A DNA stretch of 63,447 bases, the filler included, from Choristocarpus tenellus KU-1152 (taxonomy: Eukaryota; Protista; Phaeophyceae), in assembly GCA_964200185.2 (NCBI GenBank). It is 11 parts of 11 records of this genome, joined end to end, with 100 filler letters (N's around TTAATTAATTAA, not from the genome) between each part and the next. Parts side by side here need not be neighbours in the genome. Positions count along the whole stretch, not along the records: positions 49,296 to 55,587 come from CAXNAD020008471.1; positions 55,688 to 60,021 come from CAXNAD020015067.1; positions 60,122 to 63,447 come from CAXNAD020020780.1; 8 more parts are not named here. One strand, written 5' to 3'. The first letter of the stretch is position 1. Each line of letters starts with the position of its first letter. The notes under the pieces were generated by a model, which was given only the letters and a program-made list of their open reading frames with translations, was not told the DNA's origin and did no database searches. Shown here one piece after another: positions 52,730-63,447 of this stretch. Position numbers and translations under genes: made by a program.

Positions 52730-53290
52730 TCAGATCTCCCTCCCCCCTGGTCCCTTGGCATGCCTATCCGTATGTAATCAGTGTAAGGCTCACTGTAGAA
52801 GGCATCATGCAGAGCAGCATCCCCTGTCCAATCAGTGTTGCCCTCCAACTCTCCAAGGCCCTCATGTGAATGAAGCATATTTTGCAATATGCAGCAAGTG
52901 AAGAATATGGTATCTATCTTCTTCCTGTGCGAATATAGTAGTGGTAGCTTGAGGATTCTGAAGCGGCCCTTGACTCTGCCAAAAAGCACTCGACATCCTT
53001 GCGTACACTCTCCACTCGTTCGCTCCACCTTGGCTGTACCTGTGCGACAGATGCCGTCAGGGGGCATATTGTGCACCTCCACTGCAAATGCAAAAGATCG
53101 GGTTGAGCAAAGGAATGTTGACTTGCTAGTTTGATGAGCACTTGTTTTTCACAGGAGCTAACCCTAACATAGGCATGGCCGTACAGTCACGTTTTCCTGT
53201 CACCTTGTGGTAGCCCCCATCGACAAGGACATAGGCCCCTTTCTCAGTGTAACAGTTCCCGACGAAGCCCTTGACATTGTACTCCAGCTG
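52730..53290 (-). mobile_element. PIF/Harbinger-type DDE transposase, C-terminal remnant with one intron and a frameshift
   Basis: GAYVLVDGGYHK | intron 53203-53082 | WRCTICP...RWSERVESVRKDVECF, frameshift, FGRVKGRFRILKLP...FFTCCILQNML. These are DxGY, R-x-x-V-E-x-x-F-G-x-x-K-x-R-F and CxxLxN motifs. Confidence 0.88.
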
Positions 53291-53757
53291 TCTTGTTAAA
53301 GAATGTGTAGAATCCCAAGTCCTGATTTTGAAATATTTAGATTCATTCCTTCTCAGTTATGTTGTAGGAGGTAGAAAAATGGAGCGAGATACACAATTCA
53401 AGAAGGGGTGGCGTTAAACCTTTTACTCGTCCCTGATCACAAATAGCTCGTAACCCAATCTGTGTTACTTGCTACAACATTCTTTTCTAGGGTTCTTTTT
53501 GTTGTACTATAATGGCCCGAATATATTGTTGTCGTAGTCAAAAGATAAAGACGTTACTATCAATTATCCTGTTATCCAACAATAGTTCAACAACTCAATG
53601 TTTCTCATACAGAATCTTTTACACAAGAATAAAATGCGTATCCTTAACACACTCCCCTACTTTGAACTTAAAGTGAAAAATATCACATCTAAACACAATC
53701 ATCATACCACCTCACATATTACCCATAATGATATCTGCATGCCTATCAAACAACTCC

Positions 53758-54141
53758 TTAGACAAACCCTTGGTAAAAAGATCTGCCTGTTGGAATTTCG
53801 TAGGTACATATCCAATCTCCACTTTCCTTTCCCTCTCTAGGTGTCGTACACATATAGTGGTACCTAGTGCCTATGTGCCTAGTTCTACCACCAAATAGTG
53901 TCTTCTGTGAAATATTTATTGCACCATCATTGTCCTCAAACACTAATGCCGAGTAATCTATACATTGTGGTAGCATGAACATGTGCACTTGCTTGAGGAA
54001 CATAGCCTCTTTCCCCAACTCACACAGTGCAACATACTCAGCCTCAGCAGTAGAATGTGAAACCGTTTTCTGTTTTCTCGACCACCAATCGACACATCCT
54101 CCCCCAAACATAACAACACCTGTTCGATTAGACTCTTCCAA
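53758..54141 (-). mobile_element. Ty1/copia pol RNase H-like fragment (decayed)
   Basis: WWSRKQKTVSHSTAEAEYVAL...EDNDGAI...RTRHIGTRYH, followed by ADLFTKGL in another frame. Confidence 0.9.
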
Positions 54142-55115
54142 CTCTATCGGACAGTTACAGCAAAATACGTATGGAGTAAAGGAACAATCAATTAATGGTT
54201 GAGTTATCAGAATATTTTACTAGTGATCAGTTGTATGAGAAAAATTCTCATATAAAGGAAATATTTATGATTTTAAGGGGTGCTGCATGCCCCACTTAAC
54301 TTTAGTCAATCACTCTACAGACACCAAGCAATCTCGCTGGGTTTATCACCTTTATCCTCTTTGATGATTTGGGAAATAGTCTAACACAATTATATTGAAC
54401 CTTAGGTTTCTAACCCATCATTTCATCATGTCTACACGAGGAGATGTGATTTTAAGAATTGCGGGAACCTGTTCCTTCCGAGGGTCCATCTGTCACAGAA
54501 TTCAGACAGCATATGGCGACGGTAGCGGAGTTGTCAAGAAACGTTGGCAATCTCTGTGCAATTTACCTTGGGAGGTAATGCTATTTGTCAGTAGCGAAGA
54601 CAAGAAGGTGTGAAGCCTCACACGGTTCCCCAATGCTGAACGTGATTACATGGTTGAAATTAGAAGAGTGACCTTTGTGGGGTGTCTTCTCATTGCTTGT
54701 CCATTATTATTTGTGCTTCCTACATAAGTCAACGATTATGTCAAAGTAGTTGAAATGCAAAATAATAACCCATACATATTCCCATTCATAATCCTGATGT
54801 ACTTTCTCATTAGTTACATCACATGGACTCAATCAAAATTATATCTCTCGTACACAAAATAAGGTAAACCTCACTATTGCCCTATTTTGCACAGTAGGGC
54901 GCTCGCCAACGGCACGAACTTCATTCTCTTGTCCAAGAACCAAGAGGCAAGACCGTTCCATGTGTATCCACCTCGTTCGCCCTCGCGTTGACCGTTATGG
55001 TCCATAAGCATGGAGAGGAACGGGTCCATTATCCCCTGAGACAATAAATGCTCGATGTGTAGAATTTTTACCGAAAATTCTTGAAGGACCAGCTGAAACC
55101 TTTTACTTTCAGGCA

Positions 55116-55337
55116 TTGGCAGCCACAGTAGAGTGGCGTTCAACCAGTGATCTGGCTCGTTTAATCTCTCTTGACACTCCCATCCCCATTACACCACCAA
55201 AGACTTGGAAGGATGTCCGGAAAGCCCTTATCACTGCGTTCACTCCCGCTCATGCTGTAAGTGTATCAGCTCGTCGACTAACGTCTCTGAAACAGGTGGA
55301 GAACGAGTCTGTGCAATATAGTCTAGGCAGTCTATAG
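55116..55337 (+). mobile_element. Ty3/gypsy-type gag fragment
   Basis: TWKDVRKALITAFTP...ARRLTSLKQVENESVQ matches the W...F...L.Q...ESV retrotransposon gag pattern. Confidence 0.6.
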
Positions 55338-55724
55338 GGAGTTATATATTTAGTAAACAGTGGAATACAACGGAAGTATGGAATATAAGAAAGTACTGAC
55401 TGAGTAGAGTAAGGGTCAAGATTAGATTTGGCGTGCTTAGAGTTACAGGTTCAAGTCTCAACGGATTGATTTCTTATTTTGTTCAATAATAGTGACTGAC
55501 GTAGTGTGACTGACACAGGCACATTTTGACGTGTCTGATGACGTGCGCAATAGATAATAATATAAGGAAGAGCACCCCACCACCAAGNNNNNNNNNNNNN
55601 NNNNNNNNNNNNNNNNNNNNNNNNNNNNNNNTTAATTAATTAANNNNNNNNNNNNNNNNNNNNNNNNNNNNNNNNNNNNNNNNNNNNTACATGTAGTCAT
55701 CAGCATATATATATGTATATTGGT

Positions 55725-55792
55725 ATATATTTTATTATTATGCCCTCTGATATTTTGCAGATGTGTCAGGGGGAAACCAATGAAAACTATAT
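55725..55792. repeat. Hairpin-bearing module of family R (near-identical copy at 57361-57429)
   Basis: tatattttattattatgccctctga(t/c)attttgcagatgtgtcagggggaaaccaatgaaaactatata occurs twice in one contig. Confidence 0.85.
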
Positions 55793-58528
55793 ACATATGT
55801 GTATATAACTTTGGTATAGATTTTAATGTCATACCAATCCACCCAAATGCCCAATATCTGATTGATAAGACTTCTTTGCTGAGTCACATTGAGCACAACA
55901 ACAGTGGAGGGATGCCTGAACTCAAGTACAATATCTCGTTATACAACAGTATTGCAGTTAGTAACAGTAATAGTAGTTTTTGTAGGAGTGCACTGCATGG
56001 TAGTATAGCCTTGTAATTGACCAAGATAGGGATTGTCCTCAGAGGTATAACAACAGGAAAAATAATTACCCGTTCCAACACCACTTGGAATCAGTTTCAC
56101 ACATCAACTTGTAAACCTAGTTGACAGGGTGGGATGGCATATAATAGAATTTACCTCTAACGGGATATTACTTAATATTATACTAACAAAGCTGAAACCT
56201 TGTTTAAAATAGAATCTTGACAGTTTAATCGACTTCAGTTTGATTAATGGGAATATACAAATAACTGAACCGAAAAACTGCAGTTAATCGTTTTTAAAAG
56301 TATAATGCATCCAGAAGAAGTGCGACTAATGAACCTGTCAGAGGTCACAGAAACACACACACGCACACAAGCACATACATTATTTATGTCACAAGGTGTC
56401 ACCATCTGTAAGTCACTACATATTCCAGTGTTTATGGCGTCGGATCTGAAGGGGATGCTTTGGAATTTTCGCCTCCTCCTCCTACAGTTCAAAGCAATTC
56501 AATTCGATTAGTCGAAATTTTTCTCCAGTACGTTCAATCGTAGTAGTACATTATTTTTGGCTCACAACGCAGTTGTTTAAAAAAACGATCGTTTTCTCGC
56601 ACAGTTCCATCCATCTTAGTTCTCACATTACACACTCTGTTCCTACAACTTTTCTACACACAGTATACACCTCCATATATATGCGTACAACAAAAACTTC
56701 TTGAAAACTCGAAGAAATACATTTGACTACCATCAATTATTGTTGTTGTAGGTTTCCATGTTCTGGTTAGAGGAGTCTTGACCTGTCATGTGCCATGCAT
56801 ATTTTTCTTCCTGTTTGTTGTAGAATATATAGTCTCAATATTTCGGTTATGGGAGTCTCGATCTGTCATGAGGCATGTATACGTATGTCCTTAATCTAGT
56901 TGAAATAATCTAATGCATAGACATATATATATTGTTGGATCAACTTGTTGTGACACAACAACAATATCGTACAGAATATACGAAGCCTAAAGTTTTCAGT
57001 ACAATAAAATAATACTACTTGTATTCGTTTCTATTGCCATGAACATGATGCCAATATTTTTCATATCTCACAAAACAACAAAATCTTGTCATGTACGCTG
57101 TCTCTACCGTAAAGAAAGGTTTCCACCTACAAAATATTAGGTTCTTTATCGATAGAAAAATGTATTTTTGGAACACATGATGAGGAGAAGAATAAACGAA
57201 TAGTTGGATATGGGAGTTGGTGGAATCCTTTTCATTATCTCTACCATGTATCAAACAGGGGGGAGTGGGTAGTTGTTGTACTACCACTTGTCACCCTCAT
57301 ACATATTCAACAAAACCACAAAATACAATCATTCTTCTTCGTGTCTATCTCAATGTTTCATATATTTTATTATTATGCCCTCTGACATTTTGCAGATGTG
57401 TCAGGGGGGAAACCAATGAAAACTATATATATATATAATGTCCTAAACATAAGAATACTGTAAGACATTGCGTGGAAACCACTAATCAGTTACTTCACCA
57501 CTATCATGTTTCATATTCTAAAACTACACTACTACGTGATATAATACCTGCTACATTCGATAATACATCGAACAACTACTGCGTTCTGTGCATTTCCATG
57601 GCAATGATAGAGCGTTTAGCAGGTTGAATTTGTAACTGGGAAAAAATTAGTCGCAAACAAGACCTAAGGCATAGTAAAGGTAGATATTTTGGATATATAG
57701 TAGTTATAACAACAGTTAGTTGTATCGTTGTTGATAGGAACCTCTTGTGTTCTTTGTTGAGAAATGGCCAATAAAACAGACTCAATGCTGTTGTGTTCAC
57801 TGAGTTTTCTTTTTGTAGGTACATGAGTTCTTCTCCCCCCTACTACACAAAATAGACAGAATGTCAGTGAGATATTATGTTGTAGAAATACAGATTATAG
57901 ATAGTAGACTATTTCATATATCACATATATTATAGATTGTATCATTTAGATTATAAATTTAATGGTACCTCATCATCAACCAATATTCTCCATTATCTGT
58001 TACTAATTGTTATTTTATATGATCATCCTTTTCGCACTTTACATATGTGCCAAAGGAAAAACTAATGAAAAGTATTCACATGTCTGAAAAATATTTGTTA
58101 TTGTATGTAGGAGAATGCTTAGCGTAATTGGGGGTTCTTAAGGTTAGGGTTAAGGCTAGGGTTAGCAATACACCATCACATTCTTCTGAAGAAGCCTTCT
58201 ATCACAAGTTACTAACCCGACATGTTTTTCAAGCGAACTTGACTCGTTTGACAAGCAAACAATACACATCCATCTACCTTTGTTCAGACTGATTAAAGGA
58301 CTAGTTTGCTCATAGCTCGTTCAGAAGCAACCCAATTGAAGTGATAGCAGATGTGTGGGTGCACCAGCAACAGGAAAAGAAGAGTATTGTTGCTCTCAGA
58401 GTAGTAACTATTCAATACTGACTCCATACTACTGATAAAGAAGTATAGTAAGACACTTCATGACATAGGCAATGTACTCTCAGGCATCGTGTCCAAAAAT
58501 GTGGCACACACACCTAGGTTCTGGATCT

Positions 58529-58708
58529 GGCTCAAAGTATCTGTGAGGGGGTGGCGACTGTCCATTTTGGGTCAATTTTTTCATGTCACGATTTTTGGTG
58601 ATTTGATTGCATACGTCGGATGGTTACTGTAAATGCACTTTTCCTGATTTTGACCCAAATGGACACCATGCTGTAGATCCCCCCCCCCCCCCCCAGATAC
58701 TTTGGGTC
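58529..58708. mobile_element. MITE, short family (180 bp), full length
   Basis: GGCTCAAAGTATCTG...CAGATACTTTGGGTC; TSD ATCT/ATCT. Confidence 0.93.
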
Positions 58709-59626
58709 ATCTCACTATAGCTTGGTACTGTCGATGGCATCATGAGGGTGTCAACAACCAAGCATACTGCAGTCGTTTACAGACATTAATAGTTTCATGT
58801 GCCTGGATGTGATGTGCATAGCTTGTATGATTATGTTCAACAAGTCTTGAGCTTCATTCATGCTCCACCAAGAATCATTAATAACTCCATTGATAGTCAA
58901 CAACAAAGTACAACAAGCTAATATTTGGGTCTCATATACCGTATTTTTCGTATGTCGTGGGACAGCTGACCAAGAGCTAGGAGAGCAAGGTGAGCTATAA
59001 GAAGCGCTGCCACCAACAAATACGAAGAAGAAAGGCAAGAAAGTGATCAAACTCTTGCCCCATGTTCCAAATATACCACAGAACCAAGCAAGTTATAGCT
59101 CAAGCCAGTGGAGCTAATTTGTTAACAAACACTTTCATCATGCACACATGTGATACATTATGCTGTTATCCTGTTCCTGACTTTCTGCTGCTAATCAGCT
59201 GCTCTCACCTTTATGTAAGAACAAGAAACACTGTGTAGTATGAAGCAAATATACTCGCACATCAAATACAATAAACTAAGTAATTACAATAATATTTTCC
59301 TGGAGTGCATATATATGACATGTGGTGTATGTTCCACATTGCAGGTATCAACACGATCTGTTCTCGGCAATATTCACTATAGACAAATACATGCAAAACT
59401 TGTGCAACTTTTTGTACAGGAGTACCACTCTTTCTTTGCTAATTTTTTATTTGTTGCGTTATGGGCGCACACAATAGTTGCCACGATGGATGAATAATGA
59501 CTGGTTCAGTAACGCTAGTTAATTGCGGGTTGACCATACACACACTACATACCACGATAGTACTGTTGAAATACACATGCATACATACATGTTGACTACT
59601 GAATGTTTTCTTTCAATACCAGTGGT

Positions 59627-59888
59627 GGGCCAAAGTATCTTAGATGAGGGTAGATCCGTGTCCATTTGGAGGACAAAATCCAATGTTGCGATTTTTTTGT
59701 AATTTTCGCTATCGTGTGTGTTAGGAAGTGCCAATATCCTTGTTCCAGACACACCTTTTCATAACGTATACACTTTACCTACTCCAAAATGTTTTGGAGT
59801 AGGAAAATGTCATAAAAAGAGACCATGGGAAGCCAAGCCTCAAATAGACAAACAGAGAAAACTTATACCCTCTAAGATACTTTCACTC
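59627..59888. mobile_element. MITE, long family (262 bp), full length
   Basis: GGGCCAAAGTATCTTAGA...TCTAAGATACTTTCACTC; TSD TGGT/CGGT (one mismatch). Confidence 0.9.
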
Positions 59889-60575
59889 CGGTAGTGATGG
59901 ATGTCGCTTGTTGTGCTCTTTCTTGCGATTCCTTCATTCGTGTAGATCTCTCTCCTCTGGGACTATTTATACTGTGTGACCCAAAGTATCTGGGGGGGGA
60001 GGGGGGCTGTCTACACCAGGGNNNNNNNNNNNNNNNNNNNNNNNNNNNNNNNNNNNNNNNNNNNNTTAATTAATTAANNNNNNNNNNNNNNNNNNNNNNN
60101 NNNNNNNNNNNNNNNNNNNNNGTGTGAGAGCAGGGGAGGGGGGGGGGGGGGGGGGTTGAAGGAAAAATGAAGTGTCACTGAAGATGTATTGGTTGGTTTG
60201 AACTCAACAATGTTAATTCGTCCTTCACAAAACATGTTCAGCTTGACATTATGTTTATTTTCAGAGAGTATTGTATCGAGGGAGTGGACTCTTCCAGTAG
60301 GTGATTGATTCAGTGGTACAAGTTGTTTTGTTTCAATCAATGAGGTATTGCCATGAAGAGTATTTGTGACTGAACAATCAGCCTTTTGGGGTTGGGGTTA
60401 GGGTTAGGGTTACTGCAGTTGTTCTTCGCCATGGTGACCCAGTAGGGGACTAGGCAACCTCGAGGATTATTGTCCTGCCCCAGTTCTGACCCTGGACTGT
60501 TTACTTGATAGTCCTCACTTCCTACCTATCTGTCACTCCCCCTGCCCCCCCCCCTGCCCCTCCCATCCTTCTCAG

Positions 60576-61239
60576 TCTGTGTTGGAGGTGGACATGCTGT
60601 GGGATCAGCTGGATAGGCGGGAAAAAGAGCTCAACATGAGTAAGATTGGAACAAGGTATATACATACCTCAATGTATACTATATGAACCCTTTCCTTTTG
60701 TGCTGAATTTCACTCAATGCAGAACTCGATATCATGTATATCTTCCTTGTGACAATAGGAAGATGTAGTACTACTTGTACAACAATGTAGTTGACTCTGG
60801 TACTCTCTCTCCCTTTTGTATTAGGTCAATGGACCTCTGATCCTACACTTTGTTAGCTTGTATATGATATTCTTGCTTGAATCGTGAATGTAACGCCATC
60901 CATGATATTCTCCACGGTGATTTATCCGTTCACCCCCAGCGATCTCATATTGACCTGCACATCCTCCACTGCAGGCAAGAGAGGTCTCAATTATAATTCC
61001 AGCCTATCTATTGCATGCGCACAAAATATGATACACAGACAAAACGCCTGATTCACAGCGAACATTTGTACTGCACGTTGGACAGGGACTTGGGGCACGC
61101 AGTGAAGCAGCTGAAGAACGCCTTGGAAGGCAATAGAACCACCATTCGGCAAAAGTCTGCTCGTATCAAGGAGCTAGAACAAAAGCTTGCTGCAGCTGGA
61201 CTCAGTGATCATGACCCTGCAGGGGTGGACTCTGTATGA
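60576..61239 (+). CDS. Last two exons of an unidentified coiled-coil protein
   Basis: Exons 60576-60655 and 61086-61239 join in phase 2: SVLEVDMLWDQLDRREKELNMSKIGTRDLGHAVKQLKNALEGNRTTIRQKSARIKELEQKLAAAG...DSV*. Confidence 0.65.
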
Positions 61240-63447
61240 CCCACCCTGTTTGCCCCTCCCCCCCCCCAACCTGAAAATCTTCATTTTTTGCAGGGGAATC
61301 CTCTACTATCCAGCAGTGCAAAAGAATGTTGGCGAAAGCTCTGAGGAAATGGGGGGGTCGTACGAGGATGATCCCCTCATCTTTGTGAACTGGATTTGGA
61401 CCCCTAGCCCACGAGCTTTTCGAGAGGCTTGTTCCTGCGTCCTGCTTTTGTACATTTTTTTCTTCTTTGTTACCCGGTGTGACCGACACACTTGTTAGGG
61501 TTAGGGGATGACTCTGGGAGTGTGCGCATGTGTGTGTGTGTGTAATTGTGTGTTTTGTGTGTTTTGTGTCTGTACCTAGACGTCTACATGCATGGGCACA
61601 CACGGATATAATTGCCCTTTCACCGCTGGCTCAATACTTGCCCTGCTGCCACAGCTCCCATCATTGTGTCAATTTCTTGAATACAACAGATGTGTGTTGG
61701 TTGTTTCTTTTGTTTTTGAGAATGTGCCAATCCATACCTAGATAGGGGACCCAGTCACAACCCACAATGCTTTGTATTGTTGATGTGACGTTTCTGTTTT
61801 TTGTGCCTTGGATGGCATTGCTATACCACTGTCTTGGCCAATTGGGGGTGGGTGTTTGTGGCTAGTGCTTTTTTTTTATCTTTTCCTGGGTTTGTGGTCG
61901 CATAACGAGGATTCAATGTGCCCAAGCTGCTCTCTGTGAGCGGTGGATGACTGTGAAGAAATGGTGGTTAGGGGAGGGGAGGGGGGAGTTCCTGGGGTGG
62001 CATCTGCTCTAAAAAGATTATGCGAGGAGTTTGGTTGTAGAATCGGAAGAGGTTTTCTCTAACCTGGTTCACACCTGAAGTGAGCATGTGTGAATGGCTA
62101 TTTGGGTCCACATGGGAAGGGGAGGGTCAGATTAATTGCTCTCGTGTTCCCTTAGGGGACATTGGAAGGTACCTATAGTTCGCAGGGGTGGGAGGATAGG
62201 TATAGCAGACATGCATTTGCTTGCTGCACGGGGGCGGGTAAAGAGGGCTGTGATTCATACGCGTGGATGTTGTGAATAGATACAAGGGAGGAATGGTACT
62301 CGAGTCTCGGTGAGGAAGTGAGAAGGTGAGAAGGGTTACGAAGGGAGAAAGCATCTGATTGGATGAATTTGTCGATTGGGTCAATCCTGATGGTGTAAGG
62401 ATTGCTCTTTGGACCATGCCACCGACAGTACCACTCGAATGCTTTTTTTATTATTGACCTTGATCTTGGCATCACTTGGAAAGGGGCAAGGGCCCGGGGA
62501 GGTCAGGTCAGGTCAGGTCAAGTCACGGGATCTGTGTTTTTCGGGCAGACTTTGCATTAGGACTCTGCTTTGATTATGCACAGGTACGTATGGACACCAA
62601 CCCCTGCGTGGCCACTCCTCATGTCCCAACTGCCGTTCCCAATTGTTTGGTGTGTGTGTGAGAATGTGTGAGAATGTGTACTTGTGATGTGTGTGTGTGT
62701 GGTGGTGCATGCTGCATGCAGAGGAGAGTTTGCAGGTCAAGAGGCGGCCCCTTCTACTGCTGCAAAATGTTTGTTCATTATTGTTTTGGATACTAAATAC
62801 AGTACATTAGTTTGTTTTTGGAGAAAAGGCTCTGAAGGTTTGTTTCCACTCTTGCAATACCTATCAGTCACCAAGAATTCTGCCAATGATCCCTTTCTTG
62901 TCCAGCTGCTGGTGTTTTTTTCATCAGACCTCTCCTTTGTGTATTTGAAGTTAGGAAGGGGGAGGGGGGGAGAGTAGACAGGAAAAGGGGAGGCACTCAA
63001 GGCAAGGGAGGCGGCAACAACACTAAACTTAACTTTTGTGTATTTTGTTGTGAGTATGATATTACCTTCTGAAAGTTTTATTTTTTTGTTGACATGTTCC
63101 GTTGAGGGTAGTCGAGGTGAGGAGGCTGGCTGAGGGATGAGACAGATGCTAGTGATTGTGTTGCTGCTTTCCTTTCTTTTTTACCAGGTCATGTTGACCT
63201 CTCCTTCTTAGTGGTACACCTATCTTTCCTTGGTGGAGCTCTTTTGTCTTTTGGATCCTGAAAGAATAAGCGATGCCATTGTGTTTCCCCTTTTCTTCTG
63301 TGTAAGGTGTGGTCCCATGTACTTGTTAGAAACACAGTAGTAATAATATTGGTGCGAATTGGTTGGGTGGAATATACAGCAGCTGTATTGTTGTTGTGGA
63401 TGTTTGTTGGAAGGCATAAGTGTGTCTGGCGCGGCAGGGGGGGTGGG

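Noticed and set aside
3151-60121. Recurring TTAATTAATTAA motif inside N-runs as a biological repeat
   Set aside because: Identical 100-bp spacer with six-frame stops; an assembly or concatenation linker.
62380-63300. Possible minus-strand exons (about 63298-63220, 62935-62862, 62474-62380)
   Set aside because: Splice-like signals exist, but I could not join all three in one consistent phase or recognise a family.

Overview
Eukaryotic, intron-rich genomic DNA, not prokaryotic. Gene content, GT-AG introns and TTAGGG-like tracts suggest a stramenopile or brown-algal-type genome (inference). The window is 11 segments joined by ten artificial 100-bp linkers (N44-TTAATTAATTAA-N44), so adjacency across linkers has no biological meaning. 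Genes reconstructed by hand from splice sites and exon phase: a TCP11-family gene with IQ-like motifs (minus, 3' end missing); the 3' end of an RlmN-like radical SAM gene with a C-terminal membrane anchor; a secreted beta-solenoid ORF; an apparently complete but catalytically stripped UBA1-like E1 gene (minus) lying head-to-head, 612 bp apart, with an ADCY10-like tandem class III cyclase gene (plus, probably truncated); a SPEC3/Stum-like membrane protein; and a coiled-coil 3' fragment. Repeats are two related MITE families (about 180 and 260 bp) with shared AAAGTATCT-containing TIRs and 4-bp TSDs, a 178-bp tandem array derived from one of them, decayed Harbinger, Copia and Gypsy remnants, a dispersed hairpin-bearing repeat and several minisatellites. 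Most short ORFs in the supplied track are spurious. All family assignments come from motif recognition by eye, not database searches.
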